Assembly (NCBI GenBank): GCA_964199315.1
Contig: OZ116710.1
Location: forward strand, 9,052,001-9,116,000
Direction: 5' to 3'
DNA: 64,000 nucleotides
Source: Orbicella franksi
Taxonomy: Eukaryota
Within the stretch, counting starts at the first letter, position 1. Each line of letters begins with the position of its first letter. Both the position numbers and the translations under genes were made by a program. Shown here in pieces: positions 49,055 through 62,106 of the stretch. The notes beneath the pieces were generated by a model, which saw only the letters and a program-made list of their open reading frames with translations, was not told the origin of the DNA and did no database searches.

Positions 49055-49214
49055 AATAGACCAATTTCGATATATTAAAATTTAGCCTAAAACAATAGAC
49101 GTCAGTACGAGGCTCTGGGGAATAACTACAGAGTTTGTGGGGTTTATTCCCCAGAGCCTCGTGCTGAGGTTTATTGTTTTAGGCCGAATTGTAATATATC
49201 GAAATTGGTCTATT
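49055..49214. mobile_element. 160-bp hairpin MITE related to the element at 29163-29354
   Basis: aatagaccaatttcgatatatt...gaggctctggggaataa / ttattccccagagcctc...aatatatcgaaattggtctatt. Confidence 0.85.
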
Positions 49215-52200
49215 CTGGCGATAATTTCAGAGTTAGCTTACTCCAAAAGAAAAAAAAAAAAAGTTTAAGTTAAAAAGAACTTGGTTACCGAAAGAGAAAA
49301 ATTATGGTTCGCCCAAGGTCACTGGCTCCAGTGTTATTTACTGTAAAACCATTAATGTTTTGCAAGATAATTTTCGTCGTAACCGCTCTATTTTTCCTCT
49401 CGCACCCCCGATTATTGTTTAACATTGTAACTTTGGAGAAATGAATGAATCCCTCGCAGGAAAGAGGAAATGAACTCGACTATTTACCGGGCTGAAGAAA
49501 CTTTAATTGAGAGAAAAGCGTCTTACAAAATTGAATAGGAAATTAAACTGAGTCGACGGAAAAATACCAAGGATTTTTGTCGCCAGGAAGTTTCGTATCA
49601 ACTACATACATTCCAGCTATACGAGAGGTATTTCCAGCTGAGCCTTAAGACCAAACACGAAATGTATTTGAAATATTTTGCTTATTTTAAACAGTAGCTT
49701 GGCATATAATTTCGATGCAGCTTAAATCTGAAAGGAAGTTCTGACTGTTTAAATTCTAAACAAAATCAGTAGCTTTTGAAACACGAGATAAATGTTTTCA
49801 ATTTAAATACGTCCGGCGAAAGCGGCAATATCAAAACAATTTGCCCAAGGCAAAGAAAACACGATTATTCTGGTGGTTTGTTGTTTAACATTAACACTTG
49901 AGTTTTTAGTTTTCGCTTTGGGTTTTCCTTCTGGTATTTTCCCCAAAAAATTGAACGGCTGAATACCACTTTGCTAGTAAAACATTATCTTCAGCCATGT
50001 TTTAAAGCACGTTCCGTTAAGAGTATTTATTTAATACAAATATTCAAGTTTCCATTCACTCCAAATTCAATACACCGGTTTAACTTTTGAAAAGAAAATC
50101 ATCTTAATGGGTAGAAAACTGACAGGTGTTCCTTATTCCAAAGCCACATTGACGAGAAAAACGTTATAAGGCTCAGTGTGATGTCCATGGTAATAGAAAA
50201 TGTTCGCAAGATTCATCAGGCCAACATTTTGAAGTTGAATATTCCATTGAGTTCAGCGCCCCCAAAAAGCTAAAGATACCACCGAAGGTTAATACGAGAC
50301 ACAAGGCAAGCTTTGTGTTGTGGGGTGGTTATGTCTCATATTTTGAATCCCTTCGATCCGTCACGTAGAGAAATAAAATAACAAGAAAATAAATGAAAGA
50401 ATCAAGCAATGACGAATGAAGCAATCACCAGCTTTTCAGAGCATTATTCTGCCTCAACACAACTGCATTTTTAGAGAAACAGAAGCAAAGGAAGATGAAT
50501 AAACTGCAAACAATAGATGATCCTGTGGAGGTTCTTTGCCGGAACTAGGCGATTTTTTTTCATTTTTGAAGGATAATTGTTTCATGCCCGTTGGCTATTT
50601 TTGTTATCAAAAGGGGATTAACGCATCGGGAATTTTAATAATGGATTAATCTCTAACCCATTCGCCTCAAGCTTGGAGCTTTCTTTTGAATTGCGAAAAA
50701 TGCATACAACGTTTTATTAATAAAGCTGGATGCGGTATGGAGACTTGTTTTAAACCTGCGCAAACGGAGCTGTTACAAGTAGACTGAAGTGCTCGTGAGA
50801 AAACATTCAGCGACAAAAACTGTGAGTAAGATAGAGTACGTTCAGTTAACAAAGTACACAGACCGTCTACACAGTCTAGATTTTACAAGGTCATCCATCT
50901 TTTTGTAACGCATTGAGCAGGTAAACAAATTTTGAGTCGCCGTTTATAGCTTTAAGTGATGATTCACCAGTTTTCAGTTAAGATATCTCCCAGCTTCGAG
51001 GACATTTTATGATGAGACATCTCCTTGAAATTTTAGTGTACAGAACATTTAATCAGTGAACTATTTTATTCCTTTCTTTTAACTGAAAATATAAGCGCGT
51101 TGAATTTAATTTACTCGCTCGTATTTACATAATTTGTCAAAGCTGTTCAAGAGTGTTATCAAACGAAACGAATTATTTTGCCAACTGCGAAACAATTCCC
51201 GAACAAATCTGATGTCAAAGGATCACTTTTAAAACGTAAAAGGCATGTTTCTGCACGAAAACCTAAAAAACTAGGGTTTTCATTTGTGTTTTTTTGTCTT
51301 TTACTCTTTTTCTAAACCAAAAACATGTGTTATTTATACATACCTAAGTGGGAAAGAAGTTTTAAAATTGACGAAATTATATTTCTACTCCTCTTTGAAA
51401 AACTAGAACATATTCTCTTTAATTGAGGAAACCTACATAACGGAAGAGGACTGATGTTCAACGTTGCACGTTGCAACCAGCAGAAAAAACGAAAGTAAAA
51501 CTTTGCACGTTTCTTGAATTTACCTTTTTCTTCATGTTCCTATAGCAAGCGCAAAATGTAGCGCACAGAGTTTCGCCCCCTCCCCTCCCTCAAACAAAAT
51601 GTCTAGATTTCCTTAGTCAGTCAAACTATCACTCAAACTTTCAATGTTTATACTTCATGTTTCTTAGTTCAAAAATAATAAGTAGAAGGAATGCTGGTAT
51701 AAATTGAAATTTCCATTTGAAAATTCTTTGTCTTACAAGTGCGTCGAGACTTTTGACACTTCTAAACAAAATTTTCTAGATTTTCTTATCTCACGTGACG
51801 TCATAGCACAGGGAAAAATATCGGTATTTATGTTCCCACGCCAATACAAAGCAGAATGTTGGATTTTAACACCAGTGATCAACGCTTCATGCAAATGTTC
51901 TTAATAAGCAGCCAAAATGAAATTATCCTCAGCTCCGGAAAGAATAATTAATTTTGGTTAAAAAATCTTATCGAGGTGTCTTTTAAAACTCAGTCGGTTT
52001 TTTGTTTTGTTTTATTCAATGTTTAAAAATGGTTTTCCCTTTTAAAGTTCATAAGTGTTACATTAGATATATATATATTTTCCAAAAAGCTGTTGATTTT
52101 CACACATCTCATGTAAATACTCTGACTCGAATTATTTTCGCTTTTTGAAGAAAACGCTACACGCTTGTGTAATATTATCGGGCTATAAATGAGGTTTATA

Positions 52201-54352
52201 GGCCCCGTGTGATGATGACAACGATTTCGAAATATTAATCGTGGCGTTTCAGTGATATAAAGGCAGCATGCGCCTTCAAGCTTTTAAACAATACCTCAGG
52301 AAAATGATCTTAAATGTATTCATTATCTCAAAGACAGATGAAAGTGAATCATTTGGGCTAGTCCCCCGGCTTGCCAATTGGCTGGAAATTTCTACTTAAG
52401 CGGTTTTTAAATCCCATTATTGTCATTGCGAAATGAATTTCGTGTTCGTCTCGACTATTAAGCACAGTCGTAAGCCGACATTGTCAAGCTATGGATGGGT
52501 TTCGGGCTGTGCGCATTATCAGAAAATCTCTCTCCACAAAAGCAGAACCCATTATTGTTTTAAGTTCAATTCAAATTTATAAACACGTCTGTGCTTTGAC
52601 TAACACGAAATTCCATTTAACACGATGCTCGACTGCGGTTCAACAAGGATTGGAACCAAACAGCCTTTTAATGTGCGAGATATTTCGACATGAGAGGTAA
52701 GGAAGAATTTTTCATCCTTACACCGATTTTACAGAAAAAAAAAAATTTGCAAATCAAAATCCCAAGGCTGATTAATGAATTGCTTTAAATGCTTTCAGTT
52801 GATGAATTCAGTTTTGTGTGGTGATATTGCAAGTCGAAGGATGAGTGAGAGACGTATTTCTCAGGAGCGTTTGTGGTATATTACGGGTTATTTTTCGGTT
52901 TGCGCTTTCGTTGATAATTATTTTTGATGTCACACGAACTCTCTATCAAGTTCATATCAAGTGCTTTTCTGATTGACGATGTAACCCAGTCCTATAGACA
53001 AAATCGTTTCTTCAAGATGTACGTGATGCTATTGATAGTTGTGCTCAAAGCGGTCGCAAACGGACTGTTAATTTAGTGAAAATGGCCCTCAGTATTAGCA
53101 GAGGCAAAATTTATTCATCTGTCAGTTGAAACATTTTCTCTTTGATTACGATGGAAAAAAAAAACACATTCCCACCTGCTCGTAAGTATCTGAACGCTTA
53201 TTTGGGATTTTTAATCCTGGTTACGAAAGGAACGTTTATCGAAAGTTCCCATTTTAAAATGTGCTTCCTTTATATTTCGTCGCATTTGCCACTTTGTATT
53301 TTCATAGAATAGTGGTTCAGTTGTTTGAGTTTCAAGTGATGCATTTTGATGTTTACATGCAAAGTGGTATAGGCATGGGCAGTTGTTAATGAAGTAGGGT
53401 TTCAAAGGTGTGCGCCGGGTAAAAACAGAGTTTAATAGCATTTCATTGTCACCACTCCTTAAATAGCGCGAACCGATTAACTTTCCCTCTAATACCTCTA
53501 TATTGCATTGAAATTGTACTGTACTGTTATATGTGAGTTTTTATGGCCATTATTTTATTAGCCGAGTGACACATTTTTTATCGTCCGTTTCCCCTCATGA
53601 TTTTGCAACGCCATATTTTACACAAATTACTCTCGTTCCCTTCAACGACAACAAAAATAAGTACATGGACTTAGCGTATGGAAATCTGTTACTATTCAAA
53701 GCATTATATCATGCATATTAATGTATTTATCGGTACTGAGAAAACTGTCCGCGAGATTTTGAAATTTCTAACTGCCTTGAACAATGTTCTTCAGGCTTCC
53801 ACCCGTAAAAATGAATCACTTATAACATAAAATAAAATAAAGGTGTCGTAATTCTCGCAGAAGTAATTATTCGTGCACCTTACATATATAGTAATCTATT
53901 TCAACCAATATGTATGGCATCAAAAAGAATATATGGCACATTACGTCACGGGGAATCGCATTTTTCGGTTTTTACCTTCTGAATGACGCAAGAACGCATA
54001 ATCACTACTTGGAAATCGCAAAATATCTGATTCGCTGAAAGATCTCAAATTTCGCAATAACCGTGCGAAGAATGAGACCTATATTGGTGTAAACACATAT
54101 GTGAACATGATTTGAACGACTTTGTGCAAAATGCCCATATTCAAATTATCTTTGTGACGTCACACGTGTTCATCTTGAGAGTACCTAAAATAACTCAGTT
54201 TTCTTATTTTGCACTAAGGAGAACTGTTACTGTAACACTTCAGAATACTTACTGCTCATGAAATTAGTTGCATTTCAACTCAAACACCACGCTCTAGAGT
54301 TAAAAGTTAGAACCGTCTTGTTCGGCATAATATACTGAGGCTGTTACAATGC

Positions 54353-54788
54353 TCCGGGGGTACTCCCTTATATGGGCTATATAGGTATGCGCGGCCCCAA
54401 AGGGTATGGATTTTCCGCCTTTTTGCTCACAAATAGGGCACCGATTTGGCCTTTTCGTTATAAATAGGGTATGGTTTTTGTCCTCCAGTCTTGATTTGGG
54501 ATGGTGTTTAGAAGAAGCTACTTTTTCATTTCATCGATAAGAACATCAACAAAAAATAGGGTTTTTGTTGATTCGCTGAAAAATCCCAACGGTCATAAAT
54601 AGGGAATTCAAGTTTTATGTCAGGTCATAAATGGGGTAGGGAAAATTGCAGATTTTGGTCATAAATAGGGTAAGGGTTTTGGGAAGCATGCCGCACACCC
54701 CCACCCAATTTTTCTGGGAGTACCCCCCCCCACTTTCAGCGGGCCGCACACCCCACCCAATTTTTCTGGGAGTACTCCCCCCCCCGGG
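54353..54788 (+). mobile_element. Member of the CCCGGG-terminal MITE family with 7-bp TSD and duplicated right end
   Basis: Flanks acaatgc (54346-54352) and acaatga (54789-54795). gccgcacaccccacccaatttttctgggagtac occurs twice near the right end. Confidence 0.8.
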
Positions 54789-57011
54789 ACAATGACTAAC
54801 ATGTAGGTGCGATACTGTCGAATTGACTCGACTTGAATCAGACTCAACGAAGGATTTCATCTCCGCTTGAAAAATCACAGCTACCTTGTGTGGCATGACA
54901 TTATTACTTTCATTTCACTTAGTTTAAAAGTTTGGAACAAATCTGAAATGACACGAAGTCTGTCTCTGCAATGACAGGGTTAATTGAATGGAAAGGATAC
55001 CGATTTGCTCATCAATCATCAAGCAAACCATTTTGATCATTGAAATTCCCAAGCTCAAAATTCTCCGCTGTGTTTACGGACGCATTTTTCTATAAAAATA
55101 TTGGCGGTACATCGACACGATGTCTTCTGGTCGATCAGATTTTGCTTTTTCACTCTTCTAACTTGTCATTAGCACTGAGTTCTTAGCAGGAATTCATAGA
55201 TGTTTAAAAGTGATGTGATATATAATTCTTTCTGCAATTATATACCTTCCCACAACTCCATTGACAGATTCCTAATATAGCTACAATGCTGTTGAGAACT
55301 ACCGGCTGTAGACAGAAAAAGCAATCATTCGGATGGCTATTAATTTCATGAAAGCAGTACATAACGCTTTGAATTACCGATATTCAACTGAAGTAGACAG
55401 CAATCAAATTTGAGGCGTCATTTTTTTCCCCCTGAAAATCCAGATGCAGATCTACTTTAGAAATGTCCAAATGCCTAGCTATCTCGCTTGTGATCAGGGG
55501 TACAGTAGATATCAATAGATAACCTTGGTTTCGTAAGCGGACACTGAATTCCAGAACGCGAAATGATCTGTGAATCCACTGCGCATCTGTTAACAAAACG
55601 CACTTAGTGAGTGTTGAACTGCAGCGAGGATAATCCACCTAGAATACGGCTAATTGCCCCGGGTAAGTTCCATTCGTTATTTTCCTTGGCTTTGTGTTCC
55701 CATCGCTGTTAATTAAATCGAATTGTTGGAGGTCTGTTTATCATATCAGACAAAGCATTTACACAAGCACTGAAAGGATAATAGTTATTCTTGAACCTTT
55801 TTGCGAGTCTAACTAACTAATCTTGAATGTGAAAAAAAAAAGGCTTTACCGGTGTCTCGAGTTTAAGGTTCTTGTTCGCGCGTTAAGTTCAGCAGAATGC
55901 ACACAGGACGGGGGAATGGACAACCATGAATTTCTTTTTTTTTTCTTTTTCATTGAACTGTAGCATCTTTCACGTAACTCGATTTCTTATCATTGTCCTC
56001 TGTACCCCGGCCATACGTTTATGACGTATGATCGAAATCATCCCAAAATTTTCAAAAGCCAACTGCAGTGGAGCTATCATTAGCCTAACTCGGCCTCTTT
56101 CTTAGACTTCTGGTCTTTCTCTTTCGCTAGACGTACAAGTAAAAAGAAAACAAACATACAAGAAACATCTTAGCAGGTTCAGCTTCAGGGACGGTCTCCT
56201 TCCGTCGAATCTCCGATTTTTTAAAAGTTTTCCCAAAGCCGCGGCACTCAAAGATTACGCGCAATTGCTCGCTTTTTTTATGTCTGACTACATATTTACG
56301 GATCATATTGATAACCTGAAGCATAGGCCAAACAGTGATAACTGATAAACTGCAGTATGGCATTACATTTTTTTTTTTATAGCCTGAGTTGGTTTAGTAA
56401 TGGGGTGGCTGTACACAGGCCAGTTTAGTAATCGCCAGTCGCAGCTTACCATGTCCATGGCGTTGCCTAATGATAGGATACGATACTTTCAATATTTACA
56501 GTGGCAATGTGCTTAGCCTTATTATACGGCTAGTTTACAGATATCCCACTACTAAAGGATATGTAACCATGCAATCTGATACAGGAACAGGCTGGAAGAA
56601 GTAAAAAGTAAGAAATTCATCTTTAGCTTGGTGGGACTGACTGATACATAGCCGGCCAAAAGATCCAAAAATGATTCTCTTAGAACGTTATTTTGCCGCA
56701 TTGTAGCATAACTGATGAAAGGGAAGCTGCCCTGTCCGACTGGTCGAGTCGAAAATTAAATCAACATTTCTAAACTTATGATCAGGCTTGACAAGCCCCA
56801 AACTTGGTAAAAGACTAGGAAAGTCGATGTTGCAGTTTGTTGCAAAGAATGGCGAGTGTGGAAAGGTCGGCAGCCTCTCTTGTCAACTGAACAAATTTCT
56901 GATTGCGTTCCGGCCAACCTTTCAGGTCAGGCTTCTGCCATACTTATATTTAGCAGACGGAAAAATGCAAGGAATTAAATATCAAAACTGTTAATGGCGT
57001 GATATCATATA

Positions 57012-57581
57012 CCTAATTACATGAAATTTTCGCGACACGTTAATTTCGCGAAATTTAAGTGACGCGAAAATTAAATGTCGCGAAATTAACATGATGCGAA
57101 AATTAAGTGACTCACATTACGTCAATAATTAAAAAAGCGACTTTATTACCATTACACACGTTTATAACAATCATTTTGAACTATTCTGTGGTAATGTTCT
57201 GGTCCTCTTCATCACTGCTGCTTTCCGTCTCCACTCCAGGTAGCACTTCTTTTGTACAATCCTCAAACTGTCCATTTACTGGCTCCTTGTAGTGCTGTTC
57301 CACTAGTTGCTTAAACCTTTCAATTGCCTTGTAGCCACTGTGAGAACATCTTTCTTGTTACTGTTTACATAATCAGATGCGTTTCTGGTTATTTGGACGT
57401 TGTTGGTTAAGTGTTTGATCAAATTCAGGGACATCTTAATAACATTGACAGAGAAATATAGTGTCTCACTCAAAAACGCGAAATTAAAGTGAGTCAAAAT
57501 GCAAAATTTTCGCAAAATCGCGAAATATGCGAACCTCAAAATCGCGAAATTAACGTGTCGCGAAAATTTCATGTAATAAGG
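57012..57581. mobile_element. Non-autonomous DNA transposon (TA TSD, ~40-bp TIRs) with an internal coding-like relic
   Basis: TA|cctaattacatgaaattttcgcgacacgttaatttcgcga ... tcgcgaaattaacgtgtcgcgaaaatttcatgtaataagg|TA. Confidence 0.85.
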
Positions 57582-60310
57582 TATTTGTGGTCAGCAATTT
57601 GATCAGTTTGATCAATTTTTTAGGCGAGACTATCAATCTACAACTAAGCGATCCCTGTGTGGTCAGTGAAAAAATTAAGGCTGCAACAAATAATGGCGAA
57701 GAACGTACAGAGATATCACTTGTTCGTCTCAGTTTCTGGTAATTTGAAAAACAGAAATAAAAGAATCACCGAATCTTCTTTTCCTGCATTTACTCTACTT
57801 CTTAATTCTTCTTTATTTATTAATGTTTTTTTAAGTACACGTGAAATCAAGCACGCTAACCGCCAACACTCGCATCGAGCGCATCCCGGCTTCGGTATCG
57901 CGCTAGCTTCATTCACAACCAGGATTCAAACTCGTAAAGCTAGACAAACGGGAATTCGCAGCGGAAAAAACCCCGACTAAGCTGTGTTTGTAGCTGTTAA
58001 CAGGCTTAGTAAGATGAAGGTTATTAGTTCATGACCAATCTTGAATCAGCTGATACTTTCTTGTTTACTTTTCATTACGAAACCAATTACTTGAAGAGAA
58101 CTTTATCCGTGTTGTTACAGTGTCGTTGTCAGTTATAGATGCACCTATTTTTTTTCAAATCAAACTTTACACTGAAGCTCACTGTCATTGCAGATGGTTT
58201 ATGCAATCAAGATAAGTAAACTTACCAAGAAAATCCGTGATTACATATTCTTTGGTTGACGATTTCTCTTTATTGATTATTATTATCACTATTTATCCGC
58301 TCGAAAGTGTATCGATGTTATTTGGAAAATTAGTTGTTGATAAATCCTTGGATAACTGACTTAACTTGAACTTATCCGTCCTAGTCCAGTTCTGGCTCTC
58401 TCTAGCTCTCTGTTCGGGAAAGCCGGCAGTTCAACGTTTGGTCCCCAGACTGGTGCAAACCGATTATGCCACCCCTCCCCCCCCCCCCCACCCTCTCCTA
58501 CTCGCCGCTTCAACCCCAACTAGCAAATATTGCTCGTTTCGCTAAATTGTTTCCCCTTTACTCAAACGAGCAAAGTTTATTAAGGAAGTAATTTTTTCCT
58601 GGAAGTTAAATAAGAAATGTTTCTGATTTTCTCAGAAACATTCTGCTTCCGTAGTCCATGGAAACTAGTTTGCGATAAGTAATGTTTCCTCGACAATGTT
58701 ACTCAGTTTGTCTGTGGGGGCGTTAAGTGTAAAACTAATAAAATTCATCGTCGGTGGATTTTTGGCGCATGCAAAATTCGTAGGTAAATTGCCCGACATC
58801 TTAACTCCAGTGTTCAGTTTTATCCGCACGGCACCTCACTGCGGTAGGGATGTATTAGTTTAGATTGCGGAAAGATTGCGGCAACTGTACATTATGACTG
58901 CGGTATAATGATAGACCGCACGTCCTTTGAACCTGTGAAGACCAATTTGGTTATGTATTTGCAGTACAGTGAAATATCGGAGCTTAATATGATTATAGTC
59001 AAAATCAATTACTAGACAGCTTTATAAACAAAAGAGTTTTAATAATTTCAATGTCAACCGAAACAGAGCGCCCTTTGATAATTTTTCGCCTCTGCATAAA
59101 TAAATAAAACAAGTGGGGTCTCCCATATGTCATTGTTAGCTTTTAGACCGGTTATTGTAAGGTCATGTTCTTCATTTTAACTGCACGCATTGCCTTTAAT
59201 TACAATTTTGTGCAACTTATTCACTCAGAAGTCTTTAAATGCTATTGCTCTGCAACAAAACGTCTATTTTTCCATTTTCATTACCGTCTATTTTACTGCC
59301 ACGGAAACAAACAATCACTAAGCCGGTGGACATTTTTTAAGTCAATGAAAATGCTATAGACCGAAAGCGTTTGTTTTCTCTCCTTCTCAAACGATACTGA
59401 GAGATATTAAAGCTGTAAATAAGATATTTCTGCTCAGTTCTCGTCACACTGGACGTTCTTTAGAAGCAGCGGCGAATGAAAGAAATCACGAGAATTCAGT
59501 CTATGCCAGCAATTAGTGTCTTTGCTACAGATTAATTCAACTACCGGATCTTATTGGAAACTCTTTGTAAACTAAGCACCTTAAAGTAAATAAACTTGTC
59601 TAATAATAAGAGTAAGTGATATTCAGGTGGCAATCTCTTGTTTGTCAAAAAGGACGTTGATAATTGCCTGTCAGTTCTTGGCCTGTAACTGGGTGTTATC
59701 GGAGAGGAACGAGGCACTTGCATCCGTGCTTTGGATACTACTTGTAATACGGTGAACGTGTCCCTCGGATTTAACCAAGGTAATTCTTTGCTCTCACGCT
59801 TTTTAGTTAATGAACTTTGAGACCTACCAGCAACTACAAAATTCTGATAAGTTCTATGGAATTGGAAATGTGCTCATAATGTAAGGTTTGCTTCTCTTGA
59901 CCAAATCGTCGTCTCGAAATAGCTATTATTGGAACCTCTGGCAGTTTGCCCGAGATTTTGATTAATATTCTATAAATTTTCCATCGATCGAGGCCTTTTC
60001 ACTGATTAAGATTGGTCTCTATTTTGGCCATACGTATTTTTGTTTAAAGGCTTATCTATTTACGGTTCTGTTCAGTTCAGGTTAAAAATGTTTGTAGGGA
60101 TTAAATTCTCTCCCGGAATTCTCTGTCAGCGCAGCCAGGAGTTTAGGTTAAGCAGCGAACCACTGTCAGATTTCTTTGGCTAGTTTTTTCACGACCAAAT
60201 AACGTCCTTGAAGCCAGGAACGTTTTCCGGCAAGCTGTGTAATCAGTTTGTCCTCTTGCCAGTTTTGAATGGTTCGTTGTGGCTGCCTTGCATGAAAACA
60301 GTCACGGCGA

Positions 60311-61672
60311 GTGAGTTTGCTTATTTTTATACATCTTATCAATGGTTTAAGTATTACTCATTCATGGATTAAGACAGATCCCAACCATAATCACGTTCTT
60401 CTCGAAAATTCTCTCTCTGTTCGAAATGAAAGTTCTCCCATCTAATAGAAAGCTCAAAGATGATGACAAAGATATTTCAGAGAAAAACAAATTGTATTAC
60501 TTTCGAAAAGGAAAGGGTTTATACATGTCATTAAATTCGTTCTCGCGCGCCATCTTAATTTTGGTTACCATGGAAACTGTTGTCGCCGCAATTAGCCAGT
60601 GCAGACCCTGGAGAAATTTATGGTGATTACGGACACGCGGCACAAGCCACATGACAGAAATAAGTTTAAATTTCTGATACTCTGGGTGTATTTCTTGGGA
60701 ATACGAAACGCGAAATTCTCGCCACCAGGAAAACTTCGTTTACATCCGTCTCTATTAAATGAATTTTTTTTATCTTCCAAGATAGAACTGATAAAAGCTT
60801 CTGTTTGCCAAGTTACCGAGTCGGCTTTCCTTGTGATATCTTGCTTGTCAGCTGGCGCCCGAATACCGCTAACCGCGAAGTATAACTCCTAATAGATCAT
60901 ATCCACTGCATTTTACTTATTTTGATTGTTATTTGCGAAAGGGAGTTTTTTTATTCTGGGCTGACTTTACTAAGAACCACTTAACCGTATGAAATCGCGT
61001 TGAAAACTCAGTGGCAGGCTTAACAGCTAATCAAATTCAAGTGTTGCTCCAAATGGGAGGTCATTTATCCAAAATGGAAGTAACTCATACACTGTGTGTG
61101 CAACTTTCAATGTGACAGACCGCAATTTTATAATGCTGACAAGGTCTTGGTAATGAATATATGAGAACTTTTTGCTTGAGAGATTTGAAAGAACTGGATC
61201 ACCTATTTAATGTTAGCATCAAATAATTATTATTCATTGCATGTTCCTTACGATATGCTCCTGACGACAATACAAAATTATTTTAATGGGACAAAGCTTA
61301 TGAATTCATTGTACATGTGAGAAACAACATCAAATGTGTTAATTGAATTCTTTCATTATCTGGTTTGACATCCTTTCACGACACTTACTAATTGTTCCTT
61401 CTCTTCTTAGTATTTTACGTTAAAACCCAAGATTTTTAACACAGGAGGCATTCCCTTTTGAATTTTCAGTCGCATTCGTTTTGAAGCAAGTAATGCCGAT
61501 TCATGCAGCAGGTAGACCCTAATTAAGATACATTTTAAAGGGATTAACGTTTTTGTTGTCCAAACACAAGGAAGCTTTACTTTGTCAATGCTTGTGATGA
61601 CGCATATTGCTAAAATCCTTGATATGGGTCTATGAATCGCCAAACTCATTATATTTTCTCTTTGTTTTGCAG
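60311..61672 (+). other. Candidate 5'-UTR intron of the GPCR gene
   Basis: Donor gcga|GTGAGT at 60311 and acceptor ttttctctttgttttgcag| at 61672, 434 nt upstream of the GPCR ATG. Confidence 0.35.
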
Positions 61673-62106
61673 GCAACGAAGAGACGAACCCAAACTGCGA
61701 GTCGCTTTGAAGCGTTCTACCTGACTGGTATCCTTCAAATGTAAACTGAGGTGACCACAAAGGGGACAATTATTCACCTTAAAAGCATTTGACGTCAAAA
61801 GTGAAGGTTTTTTCTTAGTATTTGTGCAGAAGTCTGACAGCGTGGCTTGTTAATAGCTGCCGAGTTGTACCATTGGATAACATATCTACGTCCCAGTGTT
61901 TACACCAAGACACGACATTTACACGACTCTCGAGCGGTCCGGAGTAGAACTGAGCACACCTTTGTTGAGCACCATTCCTTAACAGTACTTCTCTGCTATC
62001 ATTGAAAACGTGAGCTCTTATTAAGAGACAATCTGTAATTGAAGAATTCACTTGGGTAAAGGTTAACCCGACGTCGTCACACAGTCCTGATTTTCAAATA
62101 ACTGCG

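Noticed and set aside
56712-56755. CTGATGA followed by an aggg/ccct hairpin as a hammerhead
   Set aside because: GAAA does not follow stem II, so the core geometry is wrong.
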